Counted from the first letter of the stretch, positions 22,076 to 34,302 are shown. The stretch is DNA of 64,000 nt from Oopsacas minuta (GCA_024704765.1 JAKMXF010000302.1:186001-250000); one strand, 5' to 3'. A program made the numbers and translations. Notes: generated by a model not told the origin, from the letters alone.

Positions 22076-23668
22076 ATGGAATTAGCTGCTGGTGGACATG
22101 TTATGGATTCGAACAGTCAGGAGCAAGAGGGAAAGAGTTCCAAGATAACCATTCGAATACGTCGGAAGATTAACAACAACGGAAAGGACGACAATACGAA
22201 GTTTAACACGATCGGCTCGACTGGAAAAACATCTTTTAACTTACACAAACAAATCTCATTAGACCCTAACAATAGACATAGTATTATCGATGCTCGTAGC
22301 AATTCACCCCTCGGTCATTTCAACAAGAGATGGATGAGCATGTCTCAAGGCCATCCCAGCTCCCAATCTGTACCCACTTCTCCTAGCTACACGGCTTCTC
22401 TCCGTATATCTCCAATGGGGTTTACTAATTGGAAGAATAGTGACAGATCTCAATCCACTACACAGTCTCCTGTATGGAACAAGAAGAGTAGTGAGAGCGA
22501 TACGTCCAGCATTGCTAGTAATGATTCAGCATTTGAAGACGGTGGATCAGGAATAAGCTCTAAATCTTGGCACCCTGGAATTAACTATAAGCCTACACAT
22601 CCCTTGTACTTACCTCAACCGGATATACATAGAAGATCATCTGAAGATAGTCTGGGTAGCGGAGGAAGTACTACACCCACTCCAGGCACCCCTGAGATGA
22701 ATAGAACCTTATCCTCATCTGAGGGAGTGCACAATACGTCACATTCCAAATCTAGACATAAACGTAGAGGCACTGAGTCTGCTTCTCAAGTTGAGCTAAA
22801 TATTGAGCAGAAAACATTTTCTGAGCAAGATAAGCAGATATTAGAAGGATATTTCCAAACTTCCAGCAGGAAAAGCGGACAAAAGAACTTCATAAACTCA
22901 GCCGTTTATAAAGAAAAGAGCAGTGAGCTTGACACCCCAGCACTGGAGCCTCTTAAGGTAAAACCTCTAACTCCCAATCTTGAACGCGCAAGATTAGGAG
23001 ATAGAGTTATTGATAAGAAAAAGGTTCGCGTATTTCCAGAAAGTTCCCCTCTAAATGTTGTGACTGATTCTCAGAGTCCTAGAGTATCTTCACTTGTAAA
23101 CCATTTTAACAATCCTACCTCTCCCCAACTATCCCCCAGATCTCCGAGCTATAACTCATTTGAACAGGATAAGACTTCTCTCCGTATTCCTATACGCCCT
23201 TCATCAGCTGGTAAGACACACGTTTACCAAACGCAGCCAATACCGAATAAATTTGAGAAGAGCTTTCCTCAAGAAAGTAATTCAACCACTTCTCATGATT
23301 TCACTTTATCAGCTGAGGTTGTAAAGAGCAAACCTTATGAAACAAATTTGTTCCAAAGTCCTGCCAACAGACAAACCTTCCTTAACAGCTACCTTGAGAG
23401 ACTACACAATGAAAATAAGAGCAGCAGTTCTATCATGGGCCGTAACCTACGCTCTGACATTACAACACCAGACATGAAACGAGCCGCTTTCTCAAAGAGA
23501 ATCAGTGAGAACAATGCTCTCACGCAGATGAGACCCCTGTCTACCTCAATGCTACTTACAAAACAAGATACCTTCACAAACGATCCTTACAAGAGGAAAA
23601 GTTTCTTAGACAAATATCTTGATCGTCAGGGAAAAACATGTCTCATCAGCAAGAAAGCCACAACTTAA
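22076..23668 (+). CDS. Uncharacterised Ser/Pro-rich, probably disordered protein
   Basis: 530-codon ORF of low-complexity composition; no globular domain recognised. Confidence 0.65.
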   Translation: MELAAGGHVMDSNSQEQEGKSSKITIRIRRKINNNGKDDNTKFNTIGSTGKTSFNLHKQISLDPNNRHSIIDARSNSPLGHFNKRWMSMSQGHPSSQSVPTSPSYTASLRISPMGFTNWKNSDRSQSTTQSPVWNKKSSESDTSSIASNDSAFEDGGSGISSKSWHPGINYKPTHPLYLPQPDIHRRSSEDSLGSGGSTTPTPGTPEMNRTLSSSEGVHNTSHSKSRHKRRGTESASQVELNIEQKTFSEQDKQILEGYFQTSSRKSGQKNFINSAVYKEKSSELDTPALEPLKVKPLTPNLERARLGDRVIDKKKVRVFPESSPLNVVTDSQSPRVSSLVNHFNNPTSPQLSPRSPSYNSFEQDKTSLRIPIRPSSAGKTHVYQTQPIPNKFEKSFPQESNSTTSHDFTLSAEVVKSKPYETNLFQSPANRQTFLNSYLERLHNENKSSSSIMGRNLRSDITTPDMKRAAFSKRISENNALTQMRPLSTSMLLTKQDTFTNDPYKRKSFLDKYLDRQGKTCLISKKATT

Positions 23669-24198
23669 ATTCCCTCTTTTCATATCCACACGGTTAATTA
23701 ATCTATTAATCTTTAAGCTTGGTCGGTACTTTGATAGTTAATTACTTTTTGTATCCAAACTTTCCACATATTTTTAACTCGTTTGTATAATAAATATTGT
23801 TGCCATATGATATCTTTACATCTCCTTATAAAATTAGTAGTCAATTTATTCTATTGTGTCCAGATGATTAAATTTCGATTTGCTGTAAAACTCAATACCC
23901 TTCAACTAGCCTGTATAGGTTTAATAGCCAATTCTTTCAGGTTGCATTTATCACATGACCACATAATGAAATATTGTCGTATATGGCATCTTCATACGCG
24001 TGCACACACATTAGCATTCTTAGCAAGACAGTAATTATCTCTAAGAGTATCATACACTAGACTAATTTCCTAACCATAATTACTTTCTGACTCACTGGCT
24101 CCTTCCCTAATCAATAGGCAAATCGTATATAAAATTTATATATTTATAGCCAACTAATCAATTGTTTGATACATCTGACTGTTACGAATTAATCTGAA

Positions 24199-25548
24199 AT
24201 GAATCAAAAAGAGTTTACAGAATACAAACTCGTTGTGGTTGGTAGCGGGGCAGTAGGGAAGTCCGCACTGACCTTACAGTTCGTTCAATCAGAGTTTATT
24301 GAGGATTATGACCCTACTATTGAGGATACGTTTAGACGACAATGCGCTATCGATGAGCAAGTTGTTATGCTAGACAGTAAGTGTTATGCTATTCTTCTTA
24401 AAACTAAATTTTATATAATCTCTCCCTCTTTTCTAGTTCTTGACACAGCAGGACAAGACGTTAGTTAACCCCTACATCCTTACTAGATCATTTGCTAATT
24501 ATTCAATTATTTTGTCCATTAGCAAATTTTTTGGTAAATTCAACCTGTTTCTGAAAATTAGAGATTTTAATTGAATATACTATAATTTCATAAAATACGC
24601 GTATGTTAATTAAGATAACTACTTTCTCTAGGAGTTTAGTGCAATGCGTGAGCAATTCTTCCAGTATGGAGAGGGATTCTTGCTTGTATATTCTATTATT
24701 GACAGACAATCGTAAGTGTTATTTGGATAAACGTGTCTAATATCTCCGGAATCCTTATTGACATATGCCTGCCATATGTTTAAATTAATCAAATGGATCA
24801 CACATTCGTGTTAGGAAACTTAATGATGTTGTTATTAATTGATTTAATAATGATTGAATTGCTCTAATTGATGGATTCTTTCCTGACACAATTCGCCAAT
24901 TAATTACCAATTTCGTAGTGATCTTTTCTTGGCATACTATATAGATTATTTATTAATAATATTGTGATTAATAAGCCATTGAATTAATAGATTCCAGGAG
25001 ATTGAAAAACTTAACTATCATATCAATAGAGTGAAAAACAAGTGAGTTTACTAGATGTCATATATTGTTGTGAACAACATGGGTACAATTTATTGCATAT
25101 GCATATACTCATAGGGATAATCTTCCAAAGATATTATATGGAAACAAAGGTGATTTAGCTGGTCAGAGAGTCGTGTCTACTCTAGAAGGAGATGCCCTAG
25201 CAGCTAAACTTGGAGTAAGTTTTAAGACAAAGTTCATACTTCATTTCTTCCATGATGTCAATCACACTAATTACTTTATTATTAGAATTTTATAATATAT
25301 CATTATTCCACAGACTAAATATTTAGAAGGATCAGCAAAGCATAATGTTAATGTAGATCGAGCCTTCCACGAAGTAGTTCGATTGATTAGGTGAGTTAAG
25401 AAATCATAACCCACATAATTGCTTACTTATACTGCTGTAGTAAATCGTATGTGTGACAATTCTATAATTATTTAGGAGTTATCGAGATAACGAAAAGACA
25501 GAAAAGAAACATAAGCCACATAGAAAGTGGAAGTGTGAAATATTATAA
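24199..25548 (+). CDS. Divergent Ras-subfamily small GTPase, 7 exons
   Basis: Exons 24199-24376, 24437-24459, 24632-24711, 24991-25041, 25115-25214, 25314-25390 and 25476-25548 (582 nt, 193 aa, all GT-AG). [32 protein letters not shown]; CAAX box CEIL. Confidence 0.9.
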
Positions 25549-25907
25549 GATTGTGTAAAGATCCCACTTTGAATTTCACTACATTTTGTTTGTAATTTTT
25601 CTTTTTATGGGTTGTTTTTGTATATACCCTGTTTCTATTGTATTGTTTACATTTATGTATATTTAGAAGTGTTTTGAATCGCATAGACCCTCAGCATTTG
25701 TACATGATCAAATTGTATATTTCAGTGGAAACATAATTGTACACATACAATAAATTACCCAATTATTAAACAAAAAATAGTTTAAAGTTTGTTTCTGCCC
25801 ATGAAACACCTCAAACCTACTTAAATACAGTAATATGAGCTTGGGTAGATAGCGTATTATACTCTAAACTTATTGTGTAAATTGCTGGCATCATTGTATT
25901 TGTAGAG

Positions 25908-26696
25908 ATGCACTCTAGATCTCTGCTTCTCCTCAAGAGAGACTACGAAGTTGTTAATTCAGAGCTTTATGAAGGAATTTCAGCTCAACTCAGTACAGAT
26001 AATTACTTCAAATGGCGGGTTGTATTCCCCGCCTTAGACGGGACAATTTGGACAGGAGGGGAATACCGTGTTCTCGTTGATTTCCCGCGTAATTATAACA
26101 CTTTCCCGCCCGAAATTCGCTTCTTAACAATCCCCTACCACCCGAATATTAACCCCACCAGTGGACTAGTTAACCTCGCTCTCCTACATCCAACTAACTG
26201 GACAGAATCAAATTCTATAATTGACATAATATTATCCTTACAGCAGTTATTATCAGACCCGTATTTAGAACATGGTTGTGTATTAAATCTAGAAGCAGCC
26301 AATTGTTACACTAATACACCCAGTACATACAGACAGATAGCTCAAGACTGTGTAGTAGCCAGTATCAAGATATCAGCTGGTATAGAACCTTATAATCATG
26401 AAGAATCACCCACCCCTACCCCTGTTCTCCCACAAATTACTCCTATTATTAAAGAGCCTCGCCAGCCTAACTTAGCCCCTACACAAATTCAACACGTTTC
26501 CTACAGTGACTACCTTTCAATATGGAGTGATCTAGCTACTACAAAACCTATAAAAAATAGGGGAAATATACAAACTCATTCTAGCCTAGTAAAACATCCT
26601 GAAACGGACGAAAAGCCGGCCAAAACAACTGAGATTATGAAGGAGTTATCCCCTAAAGGGATCGCAAATATCAGTGTCGATAAACGAATAAAATAG
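25908..26696 (+). CDS. UBE2U: UBE2U-like E2-fold protein lacking the catalytic cysteine
   Basis: UBC core (FPRNYNTFPPEIRFLTIPYHPNI...LSLQQLLSDP...LNLEAA) plus the UBE2U-type C-terminal motif SYSDYLSIWSDLATTK (human SFSDYYQTWSRIATSK). Confidence 0.75.
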   Translation: MHSRSLLLLKRDYEVVNSELYEGISAQLSTDNYFKWRVVFPALDGTIWTGGEYRVLVDFPRNYNTFPPEIRFLTIPYHPNINPTSGLVNLALLHPTNWTESNSIIDIILSLQQLLSDPYLEHGCVLNLEAANCYTNTPSTYRQIAQDCVVASIKISAGIEPYNHEESPTPTPVLPQITPIIKEPRQPNLAPTQIQHVSYSDYLSIWSDLATTKPIKNRGNIQTHSSLVKHPETDEKPAKTTEIMKELSPKGIANISVDKRIK

Positions 26697-27428
26697 TATA
26701 GGCAATCTCATATAATGCAATTACACCATTTTGCAACACCTGTATTATATCAACAATGCTTAATTATCTTATCTGAGCTCGTGTAAGATAAATTATAAAC
26801 ACAATAATCGAATTAAGTCCAAAGTTTATTGTACCAAACAATTCGATATTAGTATATAGTTAGGCTCATTCATGAAAATCACTTATATTGGATTAAGTCA
26901 CATAGTGGTCTCATGTTTATATATAGGAAGATTTATTGTACCATTACTCCGATTAGATTCCAATAAAGGATTAATGAATTGTGAATAAACTCAACTGCTA
27001 TAGCCATCTACAGAAATATTTTATTTGTACACTCAATAGGTGAGTTCATATTTATAAATAATTAATTTGAGTTTATTAATATTTAACCATATGTATTTCC
27101 TAGAATTCCCTATTTGATGTTTACTAATTTATATTATCATGTGGAAATTCGGATTCTGAATTCATTCAAGATATTTTCTTCTCATCGTTTTTATAACAAA
27201 GAATATGTGCATTAAATATGAAATTCTAGGTTTCTAATACCCATACAAATATTAATGCTAGCGTTCATATTAAAACTACTATAACCTCGTATTGTTAATG
27301 TGTAAATATCCTATGCCATGCTCAAATGAAGAACAAACAGCTGTTTAATGTTTATTAGCTCATTAATAAACTAAATAATCTAATCCTGAAAACACAAATT
27401 AATATCCTCAGTAATTACTTCTAGCCAT

Positions 27429-27704
27429 TCACCATTGTAAACCTTTTGATTTGAGATCTCTTCGTGCTCGTTCTAATTCCTTTTTCAAGTTGTTAGCTGC
27501 TTCATTACAATCATTGAAAGATGATACACGATAACCTATTGTGAACAATGTGTAACATCCGAATACCATTAATAGATAGAGCGGTAGATAGAACACAATC
27601 TCTTCGTAGCAGAGGGGTAGTATAAGTATTTTTCTCGTAACCAACAATCCCCAAATGCTCATCAAGACAGTCAAGAGGGTAATCCACTTAATAAGTTTGG
27701 ACAT
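27429..27704 (-). CDS. DPM3: Dolichol-phosphate mannosyltransferase subunit 3
   Basis: MSKLIKW, two TM segments, GYRVSSFNDCNEAANNLKKELERARRDLKSKG. Confidence 0.93.
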   Translation of the reverse strand: MSKLIKWITLLTVLMSIWGLLVTRKILILPLCYEEIVFYLPLYLLMVFGCYTLFTIGYRVSSFNDCNEAANNLKKELERARRDLKSKGLQW

Positions 27705-28526
27705 CCTAATATGAATGAATTAAATAATATTATAGTAGAATGAGTTAATGAACTTAACGACCACTAATAAACTAGCAATTAATAATACGGAATTACATAT
27801 CTATCTATAATTACCTATTTGTGAGTATTTTTATTAATGGCTTACATTCTTTCAGAAAATGGCTGTATAGCCCTACGTGTTGAGCTATTGCAGAAATTTA
27901 TTGCTTCATAATGAAATTCTAACAGATAACCTTGTCACCTCTCCCCAAATTTTGGCTTATATTTTTGCTAATCAATATTTTTACAATAATAACCGGAAAT
28001 ATTTATAACGTGAACTAATGTGGCTAAGTGCTTAAAACTTTGGGACGTGCGTGCCATTTGATACGTATTATACTTTTCAAAAATAGAACAAAATAGCTTA
28101 CAAGGAGTGTTACCAGATTCCACCCATGGTTGAGCCAGTACACCACATGGTATATATGTGTGTACAATGATTTGCTGACACAGAAAATATTTATACTCTA
28201 ATAATAATAGCAATATATATACGCTAGATTTCTTTTGCATATTTATTGAATTACTGGAATTTTTGCTCTCACAGTAGATTAACAAACAGAAAGTTTGTTT
28301 CTGACGTATTAACTTTATTAATAGCTATACTGTTCATCTAATTTATTTAATCAGAATCATCAAACAAATGAAATACGCAATCACTGCATTTGTAGTTCAC
28401 TATTAGGCCGCATACACTAACTGGTCTATCTATCCAGTATATATATGTATAGCATCAGCATATTCGACATACTAAATTATAATCTACAATATTCTGTTAA
28501 GAAATTCAACTATAAAATACCAAATT

Positions 28527-31356
28527 ATGGCAGAATCAGATGAGATATTGAGACATCAAATCGTGAGGCTTGAGGGGTCATTACAGAATGCACGAGATAG
28601 AAATACAAAAGTTTCAAAAGGTATGAAAGGAAATTACGCTGATCTTTCTTTGGTACTTGCTGATGCCTCACAGCAGATGGATTATGATCGATTCAATATT
28701 AAATGGAATGAATCAGATAAACCTGGATCAGCTGAGCAACAATCACCATCAGATGGACAAGTCGTAAAACTACCTCCTTCCAAAGATAAAATCGAGATAG
28801 AAGCATTAGATGATGAAATAGATCGGGCAATGAATCCTTCTATTGCTTTGGGCAGGTTTGGTGCTAAAATGCCTAATCTAAATGAAAGAGAGTCTGAAAG
28901 AGATCTGAGAGATTTCAATGATTTAGTAGCTCCAGAGGAAGATACAACACACATAATACAACAGGAGCATAATACAGGGTATTTGAGAGATTTGAGTTCA
29001 GATCGATCTGAAGATTATGACTATAATACTCCTCAACAAGAAGATATTAATCCACATGTTCTCAACCAGAATTATACAGAACAACTTTCTGAAGATTACG
29101 AAACTAACGCTAGCGATGATGTGGAACCATTCAGAGCTCGACTAAGAAGCAAAACTGATTCAGAAAATCAAAAAGAACAACATAGGTCTTCTAGGTCTAG
29201 AAGGTAATTGTTAATATGAATATATTATATGAATTATATGAATATTTTATTATTTGTAGTGAAGTAGAGGCACTCGATGAATCACTCTACTACGATAATC
29301 CTATGCGAATATACCCTAGAGATCAACCTGAAAGAGATGGATATAACGTAGTATCAGACGACATTACTAATGAGTTATCTCCAATAATTGATGATGATGA
29401 TACTATCTATGACGTCACGGATGAAGTATCTCCTAATGAAGATGATTATGACCTAAATAAGGCTATTTCTACGCTGGAAGAGAGTGATGTTAGATATACA
29501 ACTAAAACTAATAGGAATTCTCGACTAAATATTATGCAGCCTGTTGAAATCAATCGTAGTGACAGTGATTCCGAATATGATAACTTTATCAATCAACATC
29601 AGGAAGTGATGATACAGCCACCTCAAGAGGAAATGCGAGCTACATCACCGTATTATCACCCACGGATTTCAAAATCTTCTCTTGGCACTTATACAGAAGT
29701 AGATAGATCTGTTTCTCCGAAGAATATCATCATGAGGAAACATAGACAACAAGAATCACAGAAGAGACTGACAATGCCTGCTCAGGCTATGGATAATTAT
29801 GAAGAATGTGTTTCAAGAACTCCAGGTCCTTATCCTAAATCTAAGATATCAATAACTACACCTCAACCCAATCTCACATTCCGTCCTGTACAATCTGCTA
29901 AAGATGTATTACCATACGAAACTGTATTCTCCAACAGACGTAAATCTATTCCTGACTACATCTCAGACGAAGTATGCTATGAACAAGAAGAGTATGCACC
30001 GGTAGAAGAGAAACATGTACACAGACGTCCTGCTCAGCAATCTCTTAACAGAAATAGTAGAGATAATAGGTAAGATAATCCATTAGTTTTATACTAGCTT
30101 ATATTTATTAATATACTCTATTTAGACATTATGTTGCATACACTCGTCAAGATATGGTATCTCCTACCTCTCCTCTACAAGAAGCTGCATACGACACACA
30201 TATATCTTACGAGACAAGTGTTGACTCATCTGTGATAATGAATACACGACAACCAACAGAATACCACACTCGTAACCATTACGCTACTCCCATACAGTAT
30301 AATAATCAGCGGAGGCAATATCCTACAAGAAATGCATACGCTCCTCCTCACGGAAACTTAACTAACTCAATAGGTAGGAACCATGGATATATTCCTAACA
30401 ACGACCCATCTCCCGTACAGAGCCTAGATAGCGGTATTGATTCTCTCTTCAATGATGTAAGCTACAGACCAGGGACAGCAGCTGCTAATACTAATCAATA
30501 CTACAATGATGAGTTCCGTGATTATGATGAATCTCAAAAAGATAGCTTAACGGATATGGAAGATATTGTCAGTCAGCTGAGGAAAGAGTTAAAAGTTCTT
30601 ACAACAAAAGTCAATAATTTTGAATCAAGAGGAGTAGCTCCCACTCTTCCTGGTCCTCCTCCCTCGAATCAACTTCGTGTCATGTCCCCTACCAATCAGA
30701 AATACAGGAGCTACTCACCAAACCAATTGAGGAGTACTTCTGTAGCCAGTAGTGGAAGCGAGGGAGGTCGTATTGTGCACGATTCAAGATCTCCTCAAGT
30801 TATAAGTCCAACATCTCCCGTTCATTCTTACCATTCCAACACTATGCCTAAACAACCTCGTCTTCGTGCTGAGGATAGGAGAGAGTACGCACCATTCCCA
30901 AGAGACAGTACCTATAAAAGGAAGCTTGTACAGACTCAAAATAGTACTCCTGTACCTGTAGCTCCCAGGCCTAAAACTGTATCCAAAATTACATCTAATA
31001 ATACAATGCAAGACAGGAATAATAGCAGAATAACGCAACACCCCATTACAGTGGGAGCGATGCATAACCGTACTACAACTAATAGGACATATACTCCTAA
31101 CCTGCCTCGAGCACAGAGCTCAACTGGTACATTCTACGGCCCTGTACAAAGTAGCCGTCTACAAACATCTCGTTTCAAAGCAGCTCCCCAAACCAACAGA
31201 TCAGTCAGTCCTCAGCCTAAGACCTCTGCTAGAAAGATTACAGCTCCTATAACAACTAGGGCCATATATTCGTCACAGTCACACAGAACATCAGATGGCC
31301 ACTATTACAACGAACTCCCGAGTCGTATTCCGAAGTCTAATCAGAGACACTACTAG
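28527..31356 (+). CDS. Uncharacterised ~906 aa, largely disordered protein with short coiled coils, 3 exons
   Basis: Three consecutive ORFs joined in frame by 56 bp GT-AG introns: exons 28527-29203, 29260-30069 and 30126-31356. Confidence 0.7.
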
Positions 31357-31730
31357 AAAATAGCCAAATAGAATTTTGTAGAATATTTAATGTAAATATA
31401 CTTCAGTGCGTATTTGTATATCTGTTTTTGCGCAATGGTCGACGTCAAATTATTTTACGTTTTTGTTGACCTTCTGCAGGTTCTTGTAATAAATAATAAT
31501 ATATTTGCTAGTATTTATTAGAACGATATATTTAACACAATCATGTGTTGTCCCTGATTGCGTTTTCCACTATAACTAGAAAATTTAATTATTCTGTATG
31601 ATAATGAAACTAATTAGCGAGGCGCAAACATGGACATATGAACTAAGTTATTTGCGAAAAATTATAATTCGAGCATAATTAACATGCATACATCATACAA
31701 TAGTATAGTTAGCACCTAATTATTATAATA

Positions 31731-32651
31731 ATGACAAATCAGTGGACTACAGACTACCACCAAGTAGTGTACAATACTTGTCAACGAGTTATAGGGCATC
31801 CGTTCTACAGATACAGGTTACAGTGTCAGCTGTCCAGAGGCACGAATCAGCTGTCCATTGCTGCTCCATTCCAGGTCATTAATCACATATATAAGTATAC
31901 AGTTAACGAATCTTGGCAGTTTTCGAATTTTCGTGGCTGCATAACTCGCGGCATTTTCTTGACTCTATCCGGCTTTAGTGACGTCATGGTGAAGAAATTG
32001 CTCGTATCGAAATTACTTCAGAATTGGAGAGTTAACCACAAGGTATACTCCTTATTCAGTAATTACACTATCCCTATAGTAACTATGATAAGTGCTCCGT
32101 TATTCAGGACTACTCTAGCTCATGTAGTAGAGATAGACTCCATACGGATGCATTTTATGGATCTACTGGAACAAGTTAGCAAAGAACCTCTCTCCTATTC
32201 AAGTTATTCTCCTCGTATCCTACTACCATTATTTGGTTGGAAACTTATTCACAATATTATTTATTCAACATTGAATAAAAATATTCCTTCATTAGCGATT
32301 GGTAACGATAGATCTGAAGTCGTCACTACTCTCAATTATTTTCTTCGCCATTTGATCATTTCTGCGATCTCTGATATTGCCACCTATCCCCTCGAAACGA
32401 TTTTAGTCCGTTCTTGTTTGCAAGGAATAGATTTGGTTATTAATGACGTCACAAAGGGTACACCTATAGGACTGGAATCATTTGTGTCTCACTCATCACT
32501 GAATATTCTCAGTTCTCTCCTCTCTAAAGAAGGCTATTTCGGTTTATACAAAGGGGTTACTACTCTTGCGATAGAGTACGCTGTGGTTTGTGGCCTAACC
32601 CTATTAGTTATACATTTGTACTCTAAATACAGCCCGGACGAATACAATTAA
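31731..32651 (+). CDS. SLC25A46: Mitochondrial outer-membrane carrier-like protein SLC25A46
   Basis: GHPFYRYRLQCQ, APFQVIN, SDIATYPLETILVRSCLQG and KEGYFGLYKG match SLC25A46 (HPCIVLRRQCQ, YPLETVLHRLHIQG, EEGVFGFYKG). Confidence 0.85.
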   Translation: MTNQWTTDYHQVVYNTCQRVIGHPFYRYRLQCQLSRGTNQLSIAAPFQVINHIYKYTVNESWQFSNFRGCITRGIFLTLSGFSDVMVKKLLVSKLLQNWRVNHKVYSLFSNYTIPIVTMISAPLFRTTLAHVVEIDSIRMHFMDLLEQVSKEPLSYSSYSPRILLPLFGWKLIHNIIYSTLNKNIPSLAIGNDRSEVVTTLNYFLRHLIISAISDIATYPLETILVRSCLQGIDLVINDVTKGTPIGLESFVSHSSLNILSSLLSKEGYFGLYKGVTTLAIEYAVVCGLTLLVIHLYSKYSPDEYN

Positions 32652-32898
32652 AATACGTATATCTCATTCCAATTTGGTAATTATTATTATCTGTGTACGT
32701 AACTATTTAGAAAATATCTACATAGCTTTTTGAACCAGATTCATACAATATAATTTATAATTACAATTCCATATTAGGCAAAATCTACTAGACATATATT
32801 CAGTATCTAACAGGCCAGGTATATAACATATGATACATATAAAGTATGCAATTATCTCAATTATTCCTTAGTGAATCCTGGACATTCGTTTGGTAGAC

Positions 32899-34302
32899 TT
32901 AATTAAGTTTGCTATATGTTATTAAATCGTTAAGATCAGCTGGGATGCAAGATAAAACCAAACTCCGACTACGATCTTTCTCTTGTTGCCAGGGTTTATA
33001 CATCACGCTAACACGCATTCGTTCTAAAACCAAGCTTTTCTTCAAATCATTGAGTTGTTTCGCCTTCATTTTATCAATGTCTTTGGGTTCATAACTCAAA
33101 ATATCCATACAACATTTCTGTGAAAGTTTTACGTTGTTAAGAGACCCAGTATGATCTGTCAAGTTGACAAATATGTCAAACGTCAATTCAGGATCAATAC
33201 CTAATTTCATATAGACGGGGCAATAGCTATTTGAGCAAGTAAATGAGGTTAATCGGGTCTTACATTCTCTACAACGCATGCACACTGGCTTTATCCTTGA
33301 ACTATCACTTAGATTTATCTCCGTTATACAACATAATATTTCAGCATTGAAGTTGTTTCCATTAGCTTTTGATTCTATAAAATCGTAAATACTCATTCTC
33401 TCAGGTTCAAAAGTCTTCTTTATAAATTCTTCCTCCACTTCTAGACTGATATTAACTGTCTGAGCATGTCTGTACAGATTGTGTGCCTCTTCACTGCTGG
33501 GATTAGTCACGATAAGTGTTGTAGCATCACATTTCGCAGCAACCTTATTCTTGTAATTATTGTATACTAATTTCGCGTTAATGATAGATAATATATTTTC
33601 TCTGGATACCCAATTTTTTGCAAGAGTAATAAATTCGCTATCCCAAATGGTTAATTCAAACTCTTCACATGTGTGGTCAAATAGTTTCACTTCGCAACGC
33701 TGGACATTCCTTCCGTCTCTTGTTACAAAGCTTACTGGTTGCTTGACTTGTTTGACAGCTGCTAAGATATTGACAGATTGTCCATTAGCATTTGAACCAA
33801 GCGCTGCTATCTCTCCTATGCTAGAGTGCTGACCGGGAGCATGTAATGGTAAGTTTGCTAGTGCTGCTATCTCTATATAACCGTTCCCCCGATATTGCCT
33901 TATTGTAGAGTTAGGTTCATTCATGCTTAAATGGTATTGGGAGGATGTAGCAGGACACCATTTCTCGTCTACGTTAGGTGGTTTAAGTTGCACATGGCAA
34001 CACGTTAGCTCAATTGTGTCATTTATTTGGAATAAACTCGACAGTTTAGTGATGTACTCTTCAGTTCCCCATGCTGTTCCATTGATTAGCTCTGTTGGAG
34101 AATCTCTTATTGTGAATTGTAACTTCCAACGCATACATTCTGGGTTCTTTTTGTCTTGGAAGCGTTTAGTTTGAGTTTTTCCAATAACTAGCCCGATTAT
34201 ATTACAGTCTTGGTTAGCAACCAGATCCTGGATAGTCATGTTGGGAATCTGTATAGCGACTTCATTGGCAAATGCAGCATCCAAATCTCTTTTCATTTCC
34301 AA
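32899..34302 (-). CDS. MEIOB: Meiosis-specific OB-fold ssDNA-binding protein
   Basis: IIGLVIGKT, FTIRDSP, NGTAWGTEEYI, VNILAAVKQVK, C-terminal OB fold with Zn-ribbon Cys and LTDHTGSL. Confidence 0.93.
   Translation of the reverse strand: MEMKRDLDAAFANEVAIQIPNMTIQDLVANQDCNIIGLVIGKTQTKRFQDKKNPECMRWKLQFTIRDSPTELINGTAWGTEEYITKLSSLFQINDTIELTCCHVQLKPPNVDEKWCPATSSQYHLSMNEPNSTIRQYRGNGYIEIAALANLPLHAPGQHSSIGEIAALGSNANGQSVNILAAVKQVKQPVSFVTRDGRNVQRCEVKLFDHTCEEFELTIWDSEFITLAKNWVSRENILSIINAKLVYNNYKNKVAAKCDATTLIVTNPSSEEAHNLYRHAQTVNISLEVEEEFIKKTFEPERMSIYDFIESKANGNNFNAEILCCITEINLSDSSRIKPVCMRCRECKTRLTSFTCSNSYCPVYMKLGIDPELTFDIFVNLTDHTGSLNNVKLSQKCCMDILSYEPKDIDKMKAKQLNDLKKSLVLERMRVSVMYKPWQQEKDRSRSLVLSCIPADLNDLITYSKLN

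Noticed and set aside
23020-23040. KKKVRVF as a PP1-docking RVxF motif in the 530 aa orphan
   Set aside because: The spacing does not fit [RK]-x(0,1)-[VI]-x-[FW].
27968-28285. 105 aa minus-strand ORF and nearby coding-looking patch
   Set aside because: No recognisable homology, AT-rich intergenic composition, and no consistent exon chain could be built.
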